DNA of 64,000 nucleotides from an uncultured Acidimicrobiia bacterium (GTDB lineage Bacteria; Actinomycetota; Acidimicrobiia; Acidimicrobiales; Ilumatobacteraceae): positions 727-64,726 of the forward strand of contig CAWJNE010000019.1 in assembly GCA_963844175.1 (NCBI GenBank), in the 5' to 3' direction. Shown one piece after another: positions 25,387 through 37,000 of the stretch (position 1 is the stretch's first letter; every line of letters begins with the position of its first letter). The notes under the pieces were generated by a model. The model saw only the letters and a program-made list of their open reading frames with translations, made no database searches and was not told the DNA's origin. Made by a program: the position numbers and the translations under genes.

Positions 25387-26472
25387 ATGAGCGTCTCGGC
25401 CATCGTCCTCGCCGCAGGGGAAGGCACGCGCATGCGCTCCGCCCGCCCCAAACCGCTGCACATGATCTGCGGCCGGGCCATGGTGCTGCACGTCATCCAC
25501 GCCCTCGAGCACCTCCGGCCCGACCGGACCGCGCTCGTCGTCGGCCACGGCGCCGAGCAGGTCACCAAGAAGGTCCAGGACCAGGCCCCGGCGTGGGCCA
25601 ACGTGGTGTTCGTCGAGCAAGCCGAGCAGCGGGGGACGGGTGAGGCCGCCGCCATCGGCATGACCGCCTTCCCCGGCGACGACCTCGACGACGACTCGAC
25701 CATCGTCGTCCTCCCTGGCGACACCCCGCTGCTGCGGCCGGACACGCTCGACGAGCTGGTCGCCGTGCACGTCGCCAACGGCAGCGCGGCCACGGTGCTG
25801 TCGAGCGTGATGGCCGACCCGACGGGCTACGGCCGCGTCATCCGCGCCGCCGACGGGCGGGTTCTGCGCATCGTCGAGCAGCGCGACACCAGCGTCGAGG
25901 AAGCGGCGGTCGACGAGATCGGCACGAGCATCTACGCCTTCCGGCGCGAGGTGCTCGGCCCGGCGTTGCGCCACCTGTCTCCCGACAACGCGCAGGGCGA
26001 GTTCTACCTCACCGACGTGATCGCGGTGCTCAGCGGGATGGGCCACCGCATCGGCTGCGTGCAGGCACCGGCCGAGGAGACCCAGGGTGTCAACGACCGG
26101 TGGCAGCTGGCCCTCGCCGAGCGCGAGCTGCGGGCCCGCACGAACCGGCAGTGGCTGCTCAACGGCGTCACGATGCTCGACCCCCGCCAGACCTTCATCG
26201 ACGTCACCGTGCAGCTCGGACGGGACGTCACGCTCTACCCGGGCACGATCCTGGAGGGCTCGACGGTCGTCGGCGACGGCAGTGAGATCGGTCCCGACAC
26301 CCGACTCGAGGACTGCGTGATCGGGACGGATTGCCGGGTGCAGCACACCGTCGGCATCGACGCCGAGGTCGGCGACGCAGCGCGGGTCGGCCCATACGCC
26401 CACCTGCCGGCCGGGTCGGCCGTCGCCTCGGGCGCCGTGACCGGGGCCTTCTACACTGCGGGCGCGGACTAG
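25387..26472 (+). CDS. glmU: GlmU-like UDP-GlcNAc pyrophosphorylase, C-terminally short (361 aa)
   Basis: LAAGEGTRMRS...PKPLH uridyltransferase motif and the start of the left-handed beta-helix. It stops about where E. coli GlmU residue ~355 aligns. Confidence 0.8.
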   Translation: MSVSAIVLAAGEGTRMRSARPKPLHMICGRAMVLHVIHALEHLRPDRTALVVGHGAEQVTKKVQDQAPAWANVVFVEQAEQRGTGEAAAIGMTAFPGDDLDDDSTIVVLPGDTPLLRPDTLDELVAVHVANGSAATVLSSVMADPTGYGRVIRAADGRVLRIVEQRDTSVEEAAVDEIGTSIYAFRREVLGPALRHLSPDNAQGEFYLTDVIAVLSGMGHRIGCVQAPAEETQGVNDRWQLALAERELRARTNRQWLLNGVTMLDPRQTFIDVTVQLGRDVTLYPGTILEGSTVVGDGSEIGPDTRLEDCVIGTDCRVQHTVGIDAEVGDAARVGPYAHLPAGSAVASGAVTGAFYTAGAD

Positions 26473-26492
26473 GGGAGAAGGGACGCCGGCTC

Positions 26493-27482
<990 letters not shown>

Positions 27483-27505
27483 GTCCACCGCCACAATGAC
27501 GCCGG

Positions 27506-29236
27506 ATGGCTGAGCGCGGTCGCTCGCTCCGTTCAGCCACGTTGCTGTGGTCGCTCGGCGTGATCGCCGGATCGCTGCTCCTGTTCGCCGCCGTCGAGAC
27601 CGTCCTCGTGGTCGTCGGTCCCGTCGAGCCGACGTGGCTCATCCTGGCCTTCCCGGTGATGGGGCTGCTGTACGGCGCGACGGGCGTCGAGGCCTGGCGG
27701 CGGCGGCCGAGCAACCGCATCGGACTGCTGCTCGTCCTCGGAGCGTGGTGCTGGATGCTGGCCGGGCTGGGCAACGTCGAGGACGAGGTCCTGGTCACCG
27801 TCGGTCTGCTGTCGTCCACCGTCGGCATCGCCGTGATCATCCACCTCGTGCTGGCCTTCCCGTCCGGTCGCCTGCCGGACGGCGCGTCTCGCGCCATCGC
27901 CGTCGCGGCCTACGTCACGACGACCGTGTTCGAGGTGCCGCTGTGGCTGTTCAACCCGGTCTCGCCAGCGATGGTCCGCGACGACCCCGACCTCGACCAG
28001 TTGGCCCAGTGGACGCAGCGCTCCCTCGGGTCGGCCATCTTCGTGGCCTTCGTCGTCGTGGTCGTGCGTCGCCTCCTGGCCTCGCCGCCGGCCGCTCGGC
28101 GCGTCCTCACCCCGCTGCTCGGGTACGGGGTCTTCACCGCTGTCATGGTGCCGGTCAGTGCCAACGTGCTGCCCGTGGTGGCCGGGATCGACCCGATCAC
28201 GCTGGCGACCATCCAGCTCGGCGTTCTGATGGTGGTCCCGCTGGCGTTCACGCTCGGCCTGCTGCGCGGCGGTTTCGCCCAGTCCGGCGAGCTCGTCGAG
28301 CTGGGCGCCTCGCTCGGCGCGGATGTCGAACGGCCCGAGCTGGCGGCCGCGCTGGCCGCAACGCTCGGCGACCCGTCGGTCGAGGTCGGGTTCTGGGTGA
28401 CCGACCAGTCCCGGTACGTCGACGCCGCCGGGCGCCCGCTCGACCTCGCCGTGGGCCAGCGGCGCGGCCGCGTCGACATCGACGTCGGTGGGCGGCCAGT
28501 CGGCGTCATCGACTACGACGCCACCCTCCTCGCCGACGCCGAACTGGTGCGCACCGCCGGTCGGGTCCTGGCCATCGCCATCGATCGCCAGCGCCTCGAT
28601 GTCGAGCTGCGGGCCAGCTACGACGCACTGCGCGAATCGCGGGCGCGCCTGGTCGAGGCCGGTGACGTGGAGCGCCGGCGGATCGCCCGGGACCTGCACG
28701 ACGGTCTGCAGGGCCGGCTGGTGCTGCTGGCCATCCGTGCCGAACGCGTGCTGGAACGCGTCGAGCCGGGCCCCGCCCGCGACGAGGCGCTCGAGGTGCG
28801 CGCCGGGATGGACGCCGCCATCGATGAGCTGCGCAGCCTCGTGCACGGCGTGATGCCGGCGTTGCTCATCGAGCGTGGGCTCGAGGCGGCGACGGCCGAG
28901 CTGGTCGATCGCATGCCCATCCCGACCGAGTTGGAGTCGCGGGTCCGACCGCTCCCGGCGCCGGTCGAGAGCACGGCCTACCTCGTGGTCGCCGAGAGCC
29001 TGGCCAACGGGCTGAAGCACTCGTGCGCCGAGCGGATGTGGGTCCGTCTCGATGTCGTCGGCGGCGACCTGTGCGTGGAGATCGGCGACGACGGCATCGG
29101 CGGGGCGGCCACGCACGGGGGCACGGGGCTGCGCGGCATCACCGATCGCGTCGACGCCCTCGGTGGGCGGATCCGCCTGGACAGTCCCGTCGGCGGCGGC
29201 ACGACCGTGCGCGTGGAGGTCCCGTGCGGGTCGTGA
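27506..29236 (+). CDS. membrane sensor histidine kinase (HisKA_3/NarL-partner type)
   Basis: Multi-TM N-terminal half, H-box ERRRIARDLHDGLQGRL, and a C-terminal HATPase (GDDGIGG...GTGLRGI). Confidence 0.8.
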   Translation: MAERGRSLRSATLLWSLGVIAGSLLLFAAVETVLVVVGPVEPTWLILAFPVMGLLYGATGVEAWRRRPSNRIGLLLVLGAWCWMLAGLGNVEDEVLVTVGLLSSTVGIAVIIHLVLAFPSGRLPDGASRAIAVAAYVTTTVFEVPLWLFNPVSPAMVRDDPDLDQLAQWTQRSLGSAIFVAFVVVVVRRLLASPPAARRVLTPLLGYGVFTAVMVPVSANVLPVVAGIDPITLATIQLGVLMVVPLAFTLGLLRGGFAQSGELVELGASLGADVERPELAAALAATLGDPSVEVGFWVTDQSRYVDAAGRPLDLAVGQRRGRVDIDVGGRPVGVIDYDATLLADAELVRTAGRVLAIAIDRQRLDVELRASYDALRESRARLVEAGDVERRRIARDLHDGLQGRLVLLAIRAERVLERVEPGPARDEALEVRAGMDAAIDELRSLVHGVMPALLIERGLEAATAELVDRMPIPTELESRVRPLPAPVESTAYLVVAESLANGLKHSCAERMWVRLDVVGGDLCVEIGDDGIGGAATHGGTGLRGITDRVDALGGRIRLDSPVGGGTTVRVEVPCGS

Positions 29237-29871
29237 TCGGCGAGGACGAGGCGCTGATGCGTCTCGGGCTCACACTGGTCCTCGAGCAGGGCGGGATGGA
29301 GGTGGTGGCCGTGGCCGGCGATGCCCGGACGTTGGTCGAGCAGGCCGTCGAGCGCCGACCAGACCTCGTGGTCACCGACATCCGCATGCCGCCGGACAAC
29401 AGCGACGATGGCCTGCGGGCGGCGCTCGAGATCCGGACTGCGCAGCCGTCGATGCCGGTGCTGGTGCTGTCGCAGTTCGTGCAGCGCCAGTACGCGCTGG
29501 AGCTGATGGGAGACGGCGCCAACGGCGTCGGGTACCTCCTGAAGCAGCGCATCGCCGACATCGACGGGTTCCTCCACGACATCAAGATCGTCGCCGGTGG
29601 TGGGACCGTGCTCGACCGCGAGGTCGCTGCGGCGATGGTCGAGCGGGCCAGCCGGACCGACGACGTGGTCGAGGCGCTGACCGCTCGCCAGCGCGACGTG
29701 CTGGCGCTGATGGCCGAAGGGAACAGCAACGCGGCGATCGCCCGTCGGCTGGAGATCGCCGACAAGACGGTCGTGCAGCACACGTCGTTGATCTACGACC
29801 GACTCGGGATCACCGAGAGCGACGAGCACCACCGAAGGGTGCTCGCCGTGGTGCGGTACCTCGCCCACTGA
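29224..29871 (+). CDS. NarL/LuxR-family response regulator
   Basis: GTG 29224 overlaps the kinase end by 13 nt. VRVVIGEDEALMRLG...VVTDIRMPP receiver domain plus LTARQRDVLALMAEGNSNAAIA HTH. Confidence 0.85.
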   Translation: MRVVIGEDEALMRLGLTLVLEQGGMEVVAVAGDARTLVEQAVERRPDLVVTDIRMPPDNSDDGLRAALEIRTAQPSMPVLVLSQFVQRQYALELMGDGANGVGYLLKQRIADIDGFLHDIKIVAGGGTVLDREVAAAMVERASRTDDVVEALTARQRDVLALMAEGNSNAAIARRLEIADKTVVQHTSLIYDRLGITESDEHHRRVLAVVRYLAH

Positions 29872-29954
29872 CGCGCTCGGGCCGGCGAATCCGTTCGTGG
29901 GATGCTGCTCGGCGCGATCCGGTCGATGGAGCCGGATCGAGAGGGAGGCGTGCG

Positions 29955-31703
29955 GTGCGGACGAACGTTGGGCGAGGGCTGGCGGTGGCCACGGCGGCAG
30001 GGCTCCTGCTTGCCTGCTCGGGCGGATCGGACGAGACCGACGGCGACGGGGACGCCAGCGACACCAGCGGCGTCTCCACCTCGGCGCCGACCGCCTCGTC
30101 TGCGTCCGCGCCTCCCGGCGGCGCCGAGCCCTCGACGGTGTCGGGTGGATCGACGGAGACTGCATCGGCGACCGCGCCGCCGACGACCACGGGCGGGCTG
30201 CTCGACGGACCGCCGATGGTCGTGCCGCCGCTGCTCGACGAGGCCAAGGTCGGCGCCGCCGTCGACCAGCTCGATGACATCGTCGCCGAGGCCATGGACC
30301 ACACCGGCGTCCCCGGGGTCGCCGTCGGCGTCGTCTACCAGGACGAGGTCCTCTTCGCCGAGGGGTTCGGTGTGCGGCGGGCGGACGGCACGGAGCCAGT
30401 CGACGCCGACACCGTGTTCCAGGTGGCATCCGTGTCCAAGCCCGTGGCGTCGACCATCGTCGCCGGTGTGGTGGGCCGGCAAGCGGCCAACTGGACCGAC
30501 CCGGCGGTCGGCTGGTTCCCCGAGATCCACCTCGCCGACCCGTACGTCACCGCCAACGCCACGCTGGCCGACTTCCTGTCGCACCGCACCGGGCTGCCCA
30601 CCCTGGCCGGCAACCTGCTCGAGGACCTGGCGTGGGACCAGCAGTACATCGTCAGCGTGCTCTACCTGCAGCCGCTCGACGCCTTCCGCTCGACGTACCA
30701 CTACAGCGATTACGGCTACACCCTCGGCGGGCTGGCCGCGGCGGGGGCGATGGGCATGAGCTGGGAGGACCTCGCCGAGGAGGTCCTGTTCGAGCCGCTC
30801 GGGATGACCAGCTCGAGCTACCGCCACGACGACTACCTGGCGCGGGACAACCGGGCGGACATCCACACCAGGGTCGGTCCGGCGGCGGACAAGGTGTGGG
30901 AGCCCAGGTTCGAGCGCGACCCGGACGCCCAGGCGCCCGCCGGCGGCCTCAGCACGAGCGTCAACGACATGCTCCAGCTCGTGCGCCTGCAGCTCGGCGC
31001 CGGCACGATCGACGGCACCGAAGTCATCGACGGCGCCGCACTGCAGGTCACCCACGTGCCGCACAGCGACCTGTCCCAACCGACGGCACCCGGTGAGCGG
31101 ACGGAGTTCTACGGCTTGGGGTGGAACGTGACCTACGACGACCACGGACGAGTGCGACTCGACCACTCCGGAGCGTTCCTGTCCGGTGCGGCGACCACGA
31201 TCACCCTCCTGCCGGGCGAGCAGCTCGGCATCATCACGTTGACCAACGGGCAGCCGCACGGGATCCCGGAGTCGATCAACGAGAAGTTCCTCGACATCGC
31301 CCAGAACGGTCGACCGACCGTCGACTGGCTGGACTTCTTTGCCGAGCTGATGGACGGCCTCTACACGGCCGGGGTCGACACGTCGTGGGCGTCGCCGCCC
31401 GCCGAGCCGGCGCCGGCGGCCGACCTCGCCGAGTACGTGGGGACCTACGGCAACCCGCACTACGGACCGTTGACCGTCACGGACGACGGCGGTGGGTTGT
31501 CGATGTCGATGGGCCCGCCCGACCGGCCGACGAAGTTCGTCCTCACCCACTTCGACGGCGATGTGTTCACGTTCGACACGATCGGCGAGAACGCCACCGG
31601 CACGTCGGGAGCCACGTTCACTCGACCGTCCGGCGGCCCGGCGGCCACCGTCACGCTCGAGGCCTACGACATCACGGGCATCGGGACCTTCACCCGCGAG
31701 TAG
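29955..31703 (+). CDS. beta-lactamase-fold serine hydrolase lipoprotein
   Basis: GTG 29955 follows GAGGGAGG. Lipobox LLLACSGG, low-complexity Ser/Thr/Pro linker, and SxxK motif ASVSKP. Confidence 0.8.
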   Translation: MRTNVGRGLAVATAAGLLLACSGGSDETDGDGDASDTSGVSTSAPTASSASAPPGGAEPSTVSGGSTETASATAPPTTTGGLLDGPPMVVPPLLDEAKVGAAVDQLDDIVAEAMDHTGVPGVAVGVVYQDEVLFAEGFGVRRADGTEPVDADTVFQVASVSKPVASTIVAGVVGRQAANWTDPAVGWFPEIHLADPYVTANATLADFLSHRTGLPTLAGNLLEDLAWDQQYIVSVLYLQPLDAFRSTYHYSDYGYTLGGLAAAGAMGMSWEDLAEEVLFEPLGMTSSSYRHDDYLARDNRADIHTRVGPAADKVWEPRFERDPDAQAPAGGLSTSVNDMLQLVRLQLGAGTIDGTEVIDGAALQVTHVPHSDLSQPTAPGERTEFYGLGWNVTYDDHGRVRLDHSGAFLSGAATTITLLPGEQLGIITLTNGQPHGIPESINEKFLDIAQNGRPTVDWLDFFAELMDGLYTAGVDTSWASPPAEPAPAADLAEYVGTYGNPHYGPLTVTDDGGGLSMSMGPPDRPTKFVLTHFDGDVFTFDTIGENATGTSGATFTRPSGGPAATVTLEAYDITGIGTFTRE

Positions 31704-31773
31704 CAAGTCGCCGGTAACCTTCCCGGCCGACTTCCGCCGATCCGAGGCGGGTCCTCCGCGAGGTTCCTTCACC

Positions 31774-32493
31774 ATGGCTTCCACCGTGCTCACCGCCAAG
31801 ACGGGCCGCTCCACCGGCAGCCCGGCCGCCCGCCGCATGCGTCGGGACGACGTGATCCCCGGCGTCCTGTACGGGCACGGCATGACGCCGGTCAGCGTGG
31901 CCGTCGACCGGCGGGCGCTGCGGCTGGCGCTGTCCGGCGCAGCCGGCGTGAACACCGTCCTCGACCTCACCGTCGACGGCACGGTGTACCCGGCGATCGT
32001 CAAGGAGCTGCAGCGCCATCCCGTGCGCCGCAACGTCACCCACGTCGACTTCATCCAGGTCAACCTCGACGAGTCGATCACCGTCTCGGTGCCGCTGCGC
32101 CTCGAGGGCGAAGCCATCGCCGTGCAGCAGGGCGGCGGCCTGGTCGACCCGGCCGTCGACAGCGTCGAGGTCGTCACGACGCCGCGCAGCATCCCCGACG
32201 AGTTCGTCGTCGACATCTCGGCGATGGAGATGGATTCGGTCATCCGCCTCGAGGACCTGCCGATGCCCGCCGGTGTCGAGCCGACCGGTGATCCGGAGAG
32301 CCCGCTCGTGACGGTGCTGACGATGCGCGCCGAGCTGGCGGAGATCGAGGCCGCTGACGCCGAGGTCGCCGAGGAGCAGGCCGAGGAGACCGGCGAGGGA
32401 GAGGCCGCCGAGGCGGCCGAGGGCGCTGGCGACGCTGGCGAGGGCGCCGACGGCGAGGGCAGCGCCGGCGGCGACGCGTCGAACGACGAGTGA
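31774..32493 (+). CDS. rplY: 50S ribosomal protein L25 / general stress protein Ctc, with acidic C-terminal tail
   Basis: RRDDVIPGVLYGHG...VKELQRHPVRRNVTHVDF. Confidence 0.85.
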   Translation: MASTVLTAKTGRSTGSPAARRMRRDDVIPGVLYGHGMTPVSVAVDRRALRLALSGAAGVNTVLDLTVDGTVYPAIVKELQRHPVRRNVTHVDFIQVNLDESITVSVPLRLEGEAIAVQQGGGLVDPAVDSVEVVTTPRSIPDEFVVDISAMEMDSVIRLEDLPMPAGVEPTGDPESPLVTVLTMRAELAEIEAADAEVAEEQAEETGEGEAAEAAEGAGDAGEGADGEGSAGGDASNDE

Positions 32494-33113
32494 GGCGTCG
32501 CTCCACCCCGTTCGACTGGTTGGTCGTCGGGCTGGGCAACCCTGGCAAGGAGTACGTCCGGACGCGCCACAACGTCGGCGAAGAGGTCGTTCGCGAGCTG
32601 GCTCGTCGGCGCGGCGACTCGCTGAAGAGCGGCCGCGACAACGCGCTCGTCGCCGAGTCGCGCATCGACGAGGAGCGGGTGGTGCTGGCGTTCCCGCTGA
32701 CGTACATGAACGACTCGGGCATGGCGGTGCGAGCACTGGCCCGGCGGTACGGCGTCGAGGACGCCGACCACGTGGTCGTCGTGCACGACGAGCTCGATCT
32801 CCCGCCGGCCACGGTGCGCATCAAGGCCGGGGGTGGGCTGGCTGGTCACAACGGGCTGCGCAGCATCGCCCAACACCTCGGCACCCAGGACTTCGTCCGC
32901 GTTCGCATCGGCGTCGGCAAGCCACCCGGCGGCAAGGACCGCGGCGCCGATCACGTCCTGTCGCGCCTGCCGACGAGGCAGCGCGAGCTGTTCGACGTGG
33001 CCGTCCAGGAGGCGGCCGACGCCGTCGAGCTGATCGTGACGGACAGCGTCGATGCGGCGATGCGCCGATTCCACGCACCGCCACCCCCGGCTGCCGCGCC
33101 TGGCGATGCCTGA
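32490..33113 (+). CDS. pth: peptidyl-tRNA hydrolase
   Basis: LVVGLGNPGKEYVRTRHNVG...GGLAGHNGLRS. Start overlaps the rplY stop. Confidence 0.9.
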   Translation: MRRRSTPFDWLVVGLGNPGKEYVRTRHNVGEEVVRELARRRGDSLKSGRDNALVAESRIDEERVVLAFPLTYMNDSGMAVRALARRYGVEDADHVVVVHDELDLPPATVRIKAGGGLAGHNGLRSIAQHLGTQDFVRVRIGVGKPPGGKDRGADHVLSRLPTRQRELFDVAVQEAADAVELIVTDSVDAAMRRFHAPPPPAAAPGDA

Positions 33114-33978
33114 GGGCGACACGATCCGTCGCCTGGCCGAGCGGATCGATCGCCGGTTCGCCGGGCAGCGCTGCCAGCGCTCGGTGACCCGCGACCCGCG
33201 CCTGACCCACGTGGACTTCGCCGGTGCCGTGCTCATCGGCGCCGACGCCGTCGGCAAGCACCTCCTGGTCCGCTTCGACGACGGTCGCACACTGTTCGCC
33301 CACCTGCGGATGACCGGGTCGTTCGTGGTCGGGCGGGCTGCGCCCGAGCCGGCGTGGCGACGCCGCGTCGAGCTGTGGATGGAGGATGGGCGGCTGACGG
33401 GTGTCGATGTGCCGGTGCTCGGTGTCGTGGCCACTGCCGACGAGTACCGCATCGTCGGGCACCTCGGCCCCGACCTGTGCGGACCGGTGGCGCCGGACGT
33501 CGACGAGGTCGTCGAGCGGCTGATCGCGGCGCCGGACGTGCCGCTGGCCGGCGCCTTGCTCGACCAGCGCAACGTGGCAGGGTTCGGCAACCTCTACGCC
33601 GTCGAGCTGCCGTTCGTCGTGGGCGTGTCGCCGAACCAGCCGGTCGGATCGGTCGAGGGACTGCCGGTGCTGGTGGGCATCGGCACGGCCGTGATCCGGA
33701 CCAACGCCGCCCGGGGCCCGCAGAACACGACCGGGCGGCGACTCACCGACGCCGACCACTGGATCTACGGCCGGCGCGGGCGCCCGTGCCCGCGTTGCGG
33801 CACGCGTCTCGACGGCTGGGACGAGCGGTCGAGCCCCTGGCGGCGGGTCTCGACGTGGTGCCCGACCTGCCAGGAGCTCGGCGACCCGACGCGCCACGTC
33901 GACGAGCCCCGCGCCCGCAAGCTCCTCGCCCTCCACCCCGCCCGCCGCGACCCCACCTTCCCCCCGCCCACGCCCTAA
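33106..33978 (+). CDS. nei: Fpg/Nei-family DNA glycosylase (endonuclease VIII-like)
   Basis: MPEGDTIRR N-terminus, H2TH region, and C-terminal zinc finger CPRCG...CPTCQ. Overlaps the pth end by 8 nt. Confidence 0.75.
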   Translation: MPEGDTIRRLAERIDRRFAGQRCQRSVTRDPRLTHVDFAGAVLIGADAVGKHLLVRFDDGRTLFAHLRMTGSFVVGRAAPEPAWRRRVELWMEDGRLTGVDVPVLGVVATADEYRIVGHLGPDLCGPVAPDVDEVVERLIAAPDVPLAGALLDQRNVAGFGNLYAVELPFVVGVSPNQPVGSVEGLPVLVGIGTAVIRTNAARGPQNTTGRRLTDADHWIYGRRGRPCPRCGTRLDGWDERSSPWRRVSTWCPTCQELGDPTRHVDEPRARKLLALHPARRDPTFPPPTP

Positions 33979-34063
33979 CCCATCCGAGGGTTTGCTGCAT
34001 CCGAGGGTCACGTGCGGGGAAGCCCCTCCGTGAACCCTCGGATGCACGAAACCCTCGGATGGG
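33979..34063. repeat. 85-bp nested palindromic element, copy 1
   Basis: CCCATCCGAGGGTTT-GC-TGCATCCGAGGGTCACG-[TGCGGGGAAGCCCCTC]-CGTGAACCCTCGGATGCA-CG-AAACCCTCGGATGGG. The outer 15-bp arms are perfect. Confidence 0.85.
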
Positions 34064-34087
34064 TACGTCGGTAGCCTCGACGGTCCC

Positions 34088-37000
34088 GTGCGTCTGGCTG
34101 CGCTTCCCCCCCTGCTGCGAGATGAGCCGGCGCTCACCCGCGCCCTCGGCGAGCCGGCGGCCCGCTTGGCCGTGGTCGAGGTCGCCCGGCCGATCTCGAT
34201 CGCCGCCCTCGCCGCGCTGTCCAACCGCCGTCCGCTCGTCGTCGCCACGCCGACGGGCACGATGGCCGCCCAGCTGGCCGAGGACCTCGAGCAGTTCCTC
34301 CCCGCCGACCAGGTGGCCCTGTTCCCGGCCTGGGAGACCCTGCCCTTCGAGCGGGTCAGCCCGTCGGTGGAGACGATGGGTCGTCGCCTCGAGCTGCTGT
34401 GGCGGCTCCAGGATCCCGATCGTTGCCCGACGGTCGTCGTCACCGGCGTCCGCGCCCTCCTGCAGCGGCTTGGCCCCGGCGCCACCGACGTCGATCCCAT
34501 CTGCATCCGCCGTGGCGATGTCGTCGACCCCGACGAGCTCGGCGCCCGCCTCGTCCACTTCGGGTACCGCCGCGAGGACCTCGTGGAGCACCGCGGCGAG
34601 TTCGCCCGGCGCGGCGCCATCGTCGACGTGTTCCCGGCCACCGCCGACGGTCCGGTGCGCATCGACCTGTGGGGCGACGAGGTCGACCGGCTGACCCGCT
34701 TCGGCGTCAACGACCAGCGGTCGACGGCCGAGCTCGACGATGTCGCCATCGTCCCCGCCCGCGAGCTGATCCCGACCGACGACGTGCAGGCGCGAGCGCG
34801 GCGCCTCGTCGCCACCGAGCCATGGGGCCGCGAGCAGTGGGAGCGCCTCGCCGAGGGCGCGCTGTTCGACGGGATGGAGAGCTGGCTGCCCTGGCTGATC
34901 GACGAGCGCGTCGGCGAGCAGCTGCTCACGGACATCCTGCCGCGCACGGCCAAGGTGCTGCTCGTCGAGCCCCGACGCATGCGCGACCGGGCGATCGACC
35001 TGCTGGCTGAAGAGGACGACCTCGCCAAGGCCCTGGCCTCGACGTGGGAGCGGGATCCCGACAAGGCGTTCCCCCGGCTGCACGCCGAGCCCGACCGCCT
35101 GCTCAGCGGCCGGGACGCCCCCTGGTCCATGGACTCCTCGCCCGAGTCACCCGACACCCCGGTCGTCGAGGCGTCCGGGTGGGGGCCGATCGTGGGCGAC
35201 GGCGCCGGTCTCGTCGCCCGGCTGACCCAACTGCTGGCCGACGGGGTCCGCGTCGTCGTCGCCGCCGACGGCGACGGGTCGGCCGCCCGCCTGGCCGCCC
35301 TGCTGCGCGACCAGGGACTCGACCTGCCGATCGTCACCCACGAGACCGGTCGCCGCGCCGACCTCACGACCCCTGGCGGCCGGGTCGTCGTGGCGCCGCT
35401 CCACCACGGCGTCACGCTCCCGGCGGCCAAGCTGGCGATCGTCGCCGAGAGCGACCTGACCGGACGACGCCGGGCCCATCGCCGGCCGCGCCCGCGCCGC
35501 CGCGACGCCCTCAGCGTCTTCGAGGACCTGAAACCCGGCAACTACGTCGTCCACGTCCAGCACGGCGTCGGTCGCTACGAGGGCATGGTCAAGCGGGCGA
35601 TCGGCGGCATCGAGCGGGACTACCTCCTCGTCGCGTACAAGGGCAACGACAAGTTGTACGTGCCGTCCGACCAGATCGATGTGCTGCGCCAGTACGTCGG
35701 TGGCGAGTCCCCGACGCTGCATCGCCTCGGTGGATCGGACTTCGCCAAAGCCAAGAGCCGCGTCCGTTCGGCGGTCCGCGAGATCGCCCAGGAGCTCGTC
35801 GTCCTGTACCAGAAACGGGTCAACGCCGAGGGGTTCGCGTTCGGCCAGGACACGCCGTGGCAGGGCGAGATGGAGGACACCTTCCCGTTCGTCGAGACGC
35901 CGGACCAGCGGGCGGCGATCGTCGAGACCAAGGCCGACATGGAGCGGCCGTACCCGATGGACCGCCTCGTCTGCGGCGACGTCGGCTTCGGCAAGACCGA
36001 GGTGGCGGTGCGGGCGGCGTTCAAGGCCGTCCAGGACGGCAAGCAGGTGGCCGTGCTGGTGCCGACGACGCTGCTGGCGACCCAGCACGGCAACACGTTC
36101 GCCGACCGCTTCGCCGGCTACCCGATCCGGGTGGAGACCCTGAGCCGCTTCCTGTCGCCGACCCAGGCCCGCGACGTCGTGCAGGGGCTCGAGGGTGGTG
36201 ACGTCGACTGCGTGATCGGGACCCACCGGCTGCTCGGCGAGCACGTCAAGTTCAAGGATCTCGGTCTGCTCGTCGTCGACGAGGAGCAGCGCTTCGGCGT
36301 GCAGCACAAGGAGCTGATGAAGCAGCTCAAGGTCAACGTCGACGTGCTCACCTTGACGGCGACGCCCATCCCGCGCACGTTGGAGATGAGCCTCGTCGGC
36401 ATCCGCGACCTGTCGCTGCTGCAGACCCCGCCGGCGGACCGTCAGCCGATCCTCACCTACGTCGGCGGCTACGACGAGCGGGTGGCCGTGGAGGCGATCC
36501 GCCGCGAGCTGCTGCGCGAGGGCCAGGTCTTCTGGGTCCACAACCGGGTGCGTTCGATCGAGCACGCCGCCGCGCGGCTGCGCGAGCTGGTGCCCGAGGC
36601 GCGCATCGCCGTCGCCCACGGCCAGATGGACGAGGGCACGCTCGAGCAGGTCGTCGTCGACTTCTGGGATGGCAAGTTCGACGTGCTCGTGTGCACGACG
36701 ATCATCGAGTCCGGCATCGACATGCCGACCGTCAACACGCTGGTCGTCGAGCGCTCGGACCTGCTCGGCCTCGGCCAGCTCCACCAGCTGCGAGGGCGCG
36801 TCGGGCGCAGCGGACAGCGGGCCTACGCCTACCTCTTCCACCCCGTGGAGGTGACCCTGACCGAGGAGGCCTACGAGCGGTTGAAGACCATCGGTGAGGC
36901 GACGGAGCTGGGCAGCGGGTTCAAGATCGCGATGCGCGACCTGGAGATCCGCGGGGCCGGCAACCTGCTCGGCGAGGCGCAGTCCGGTCACATCGCCGCT

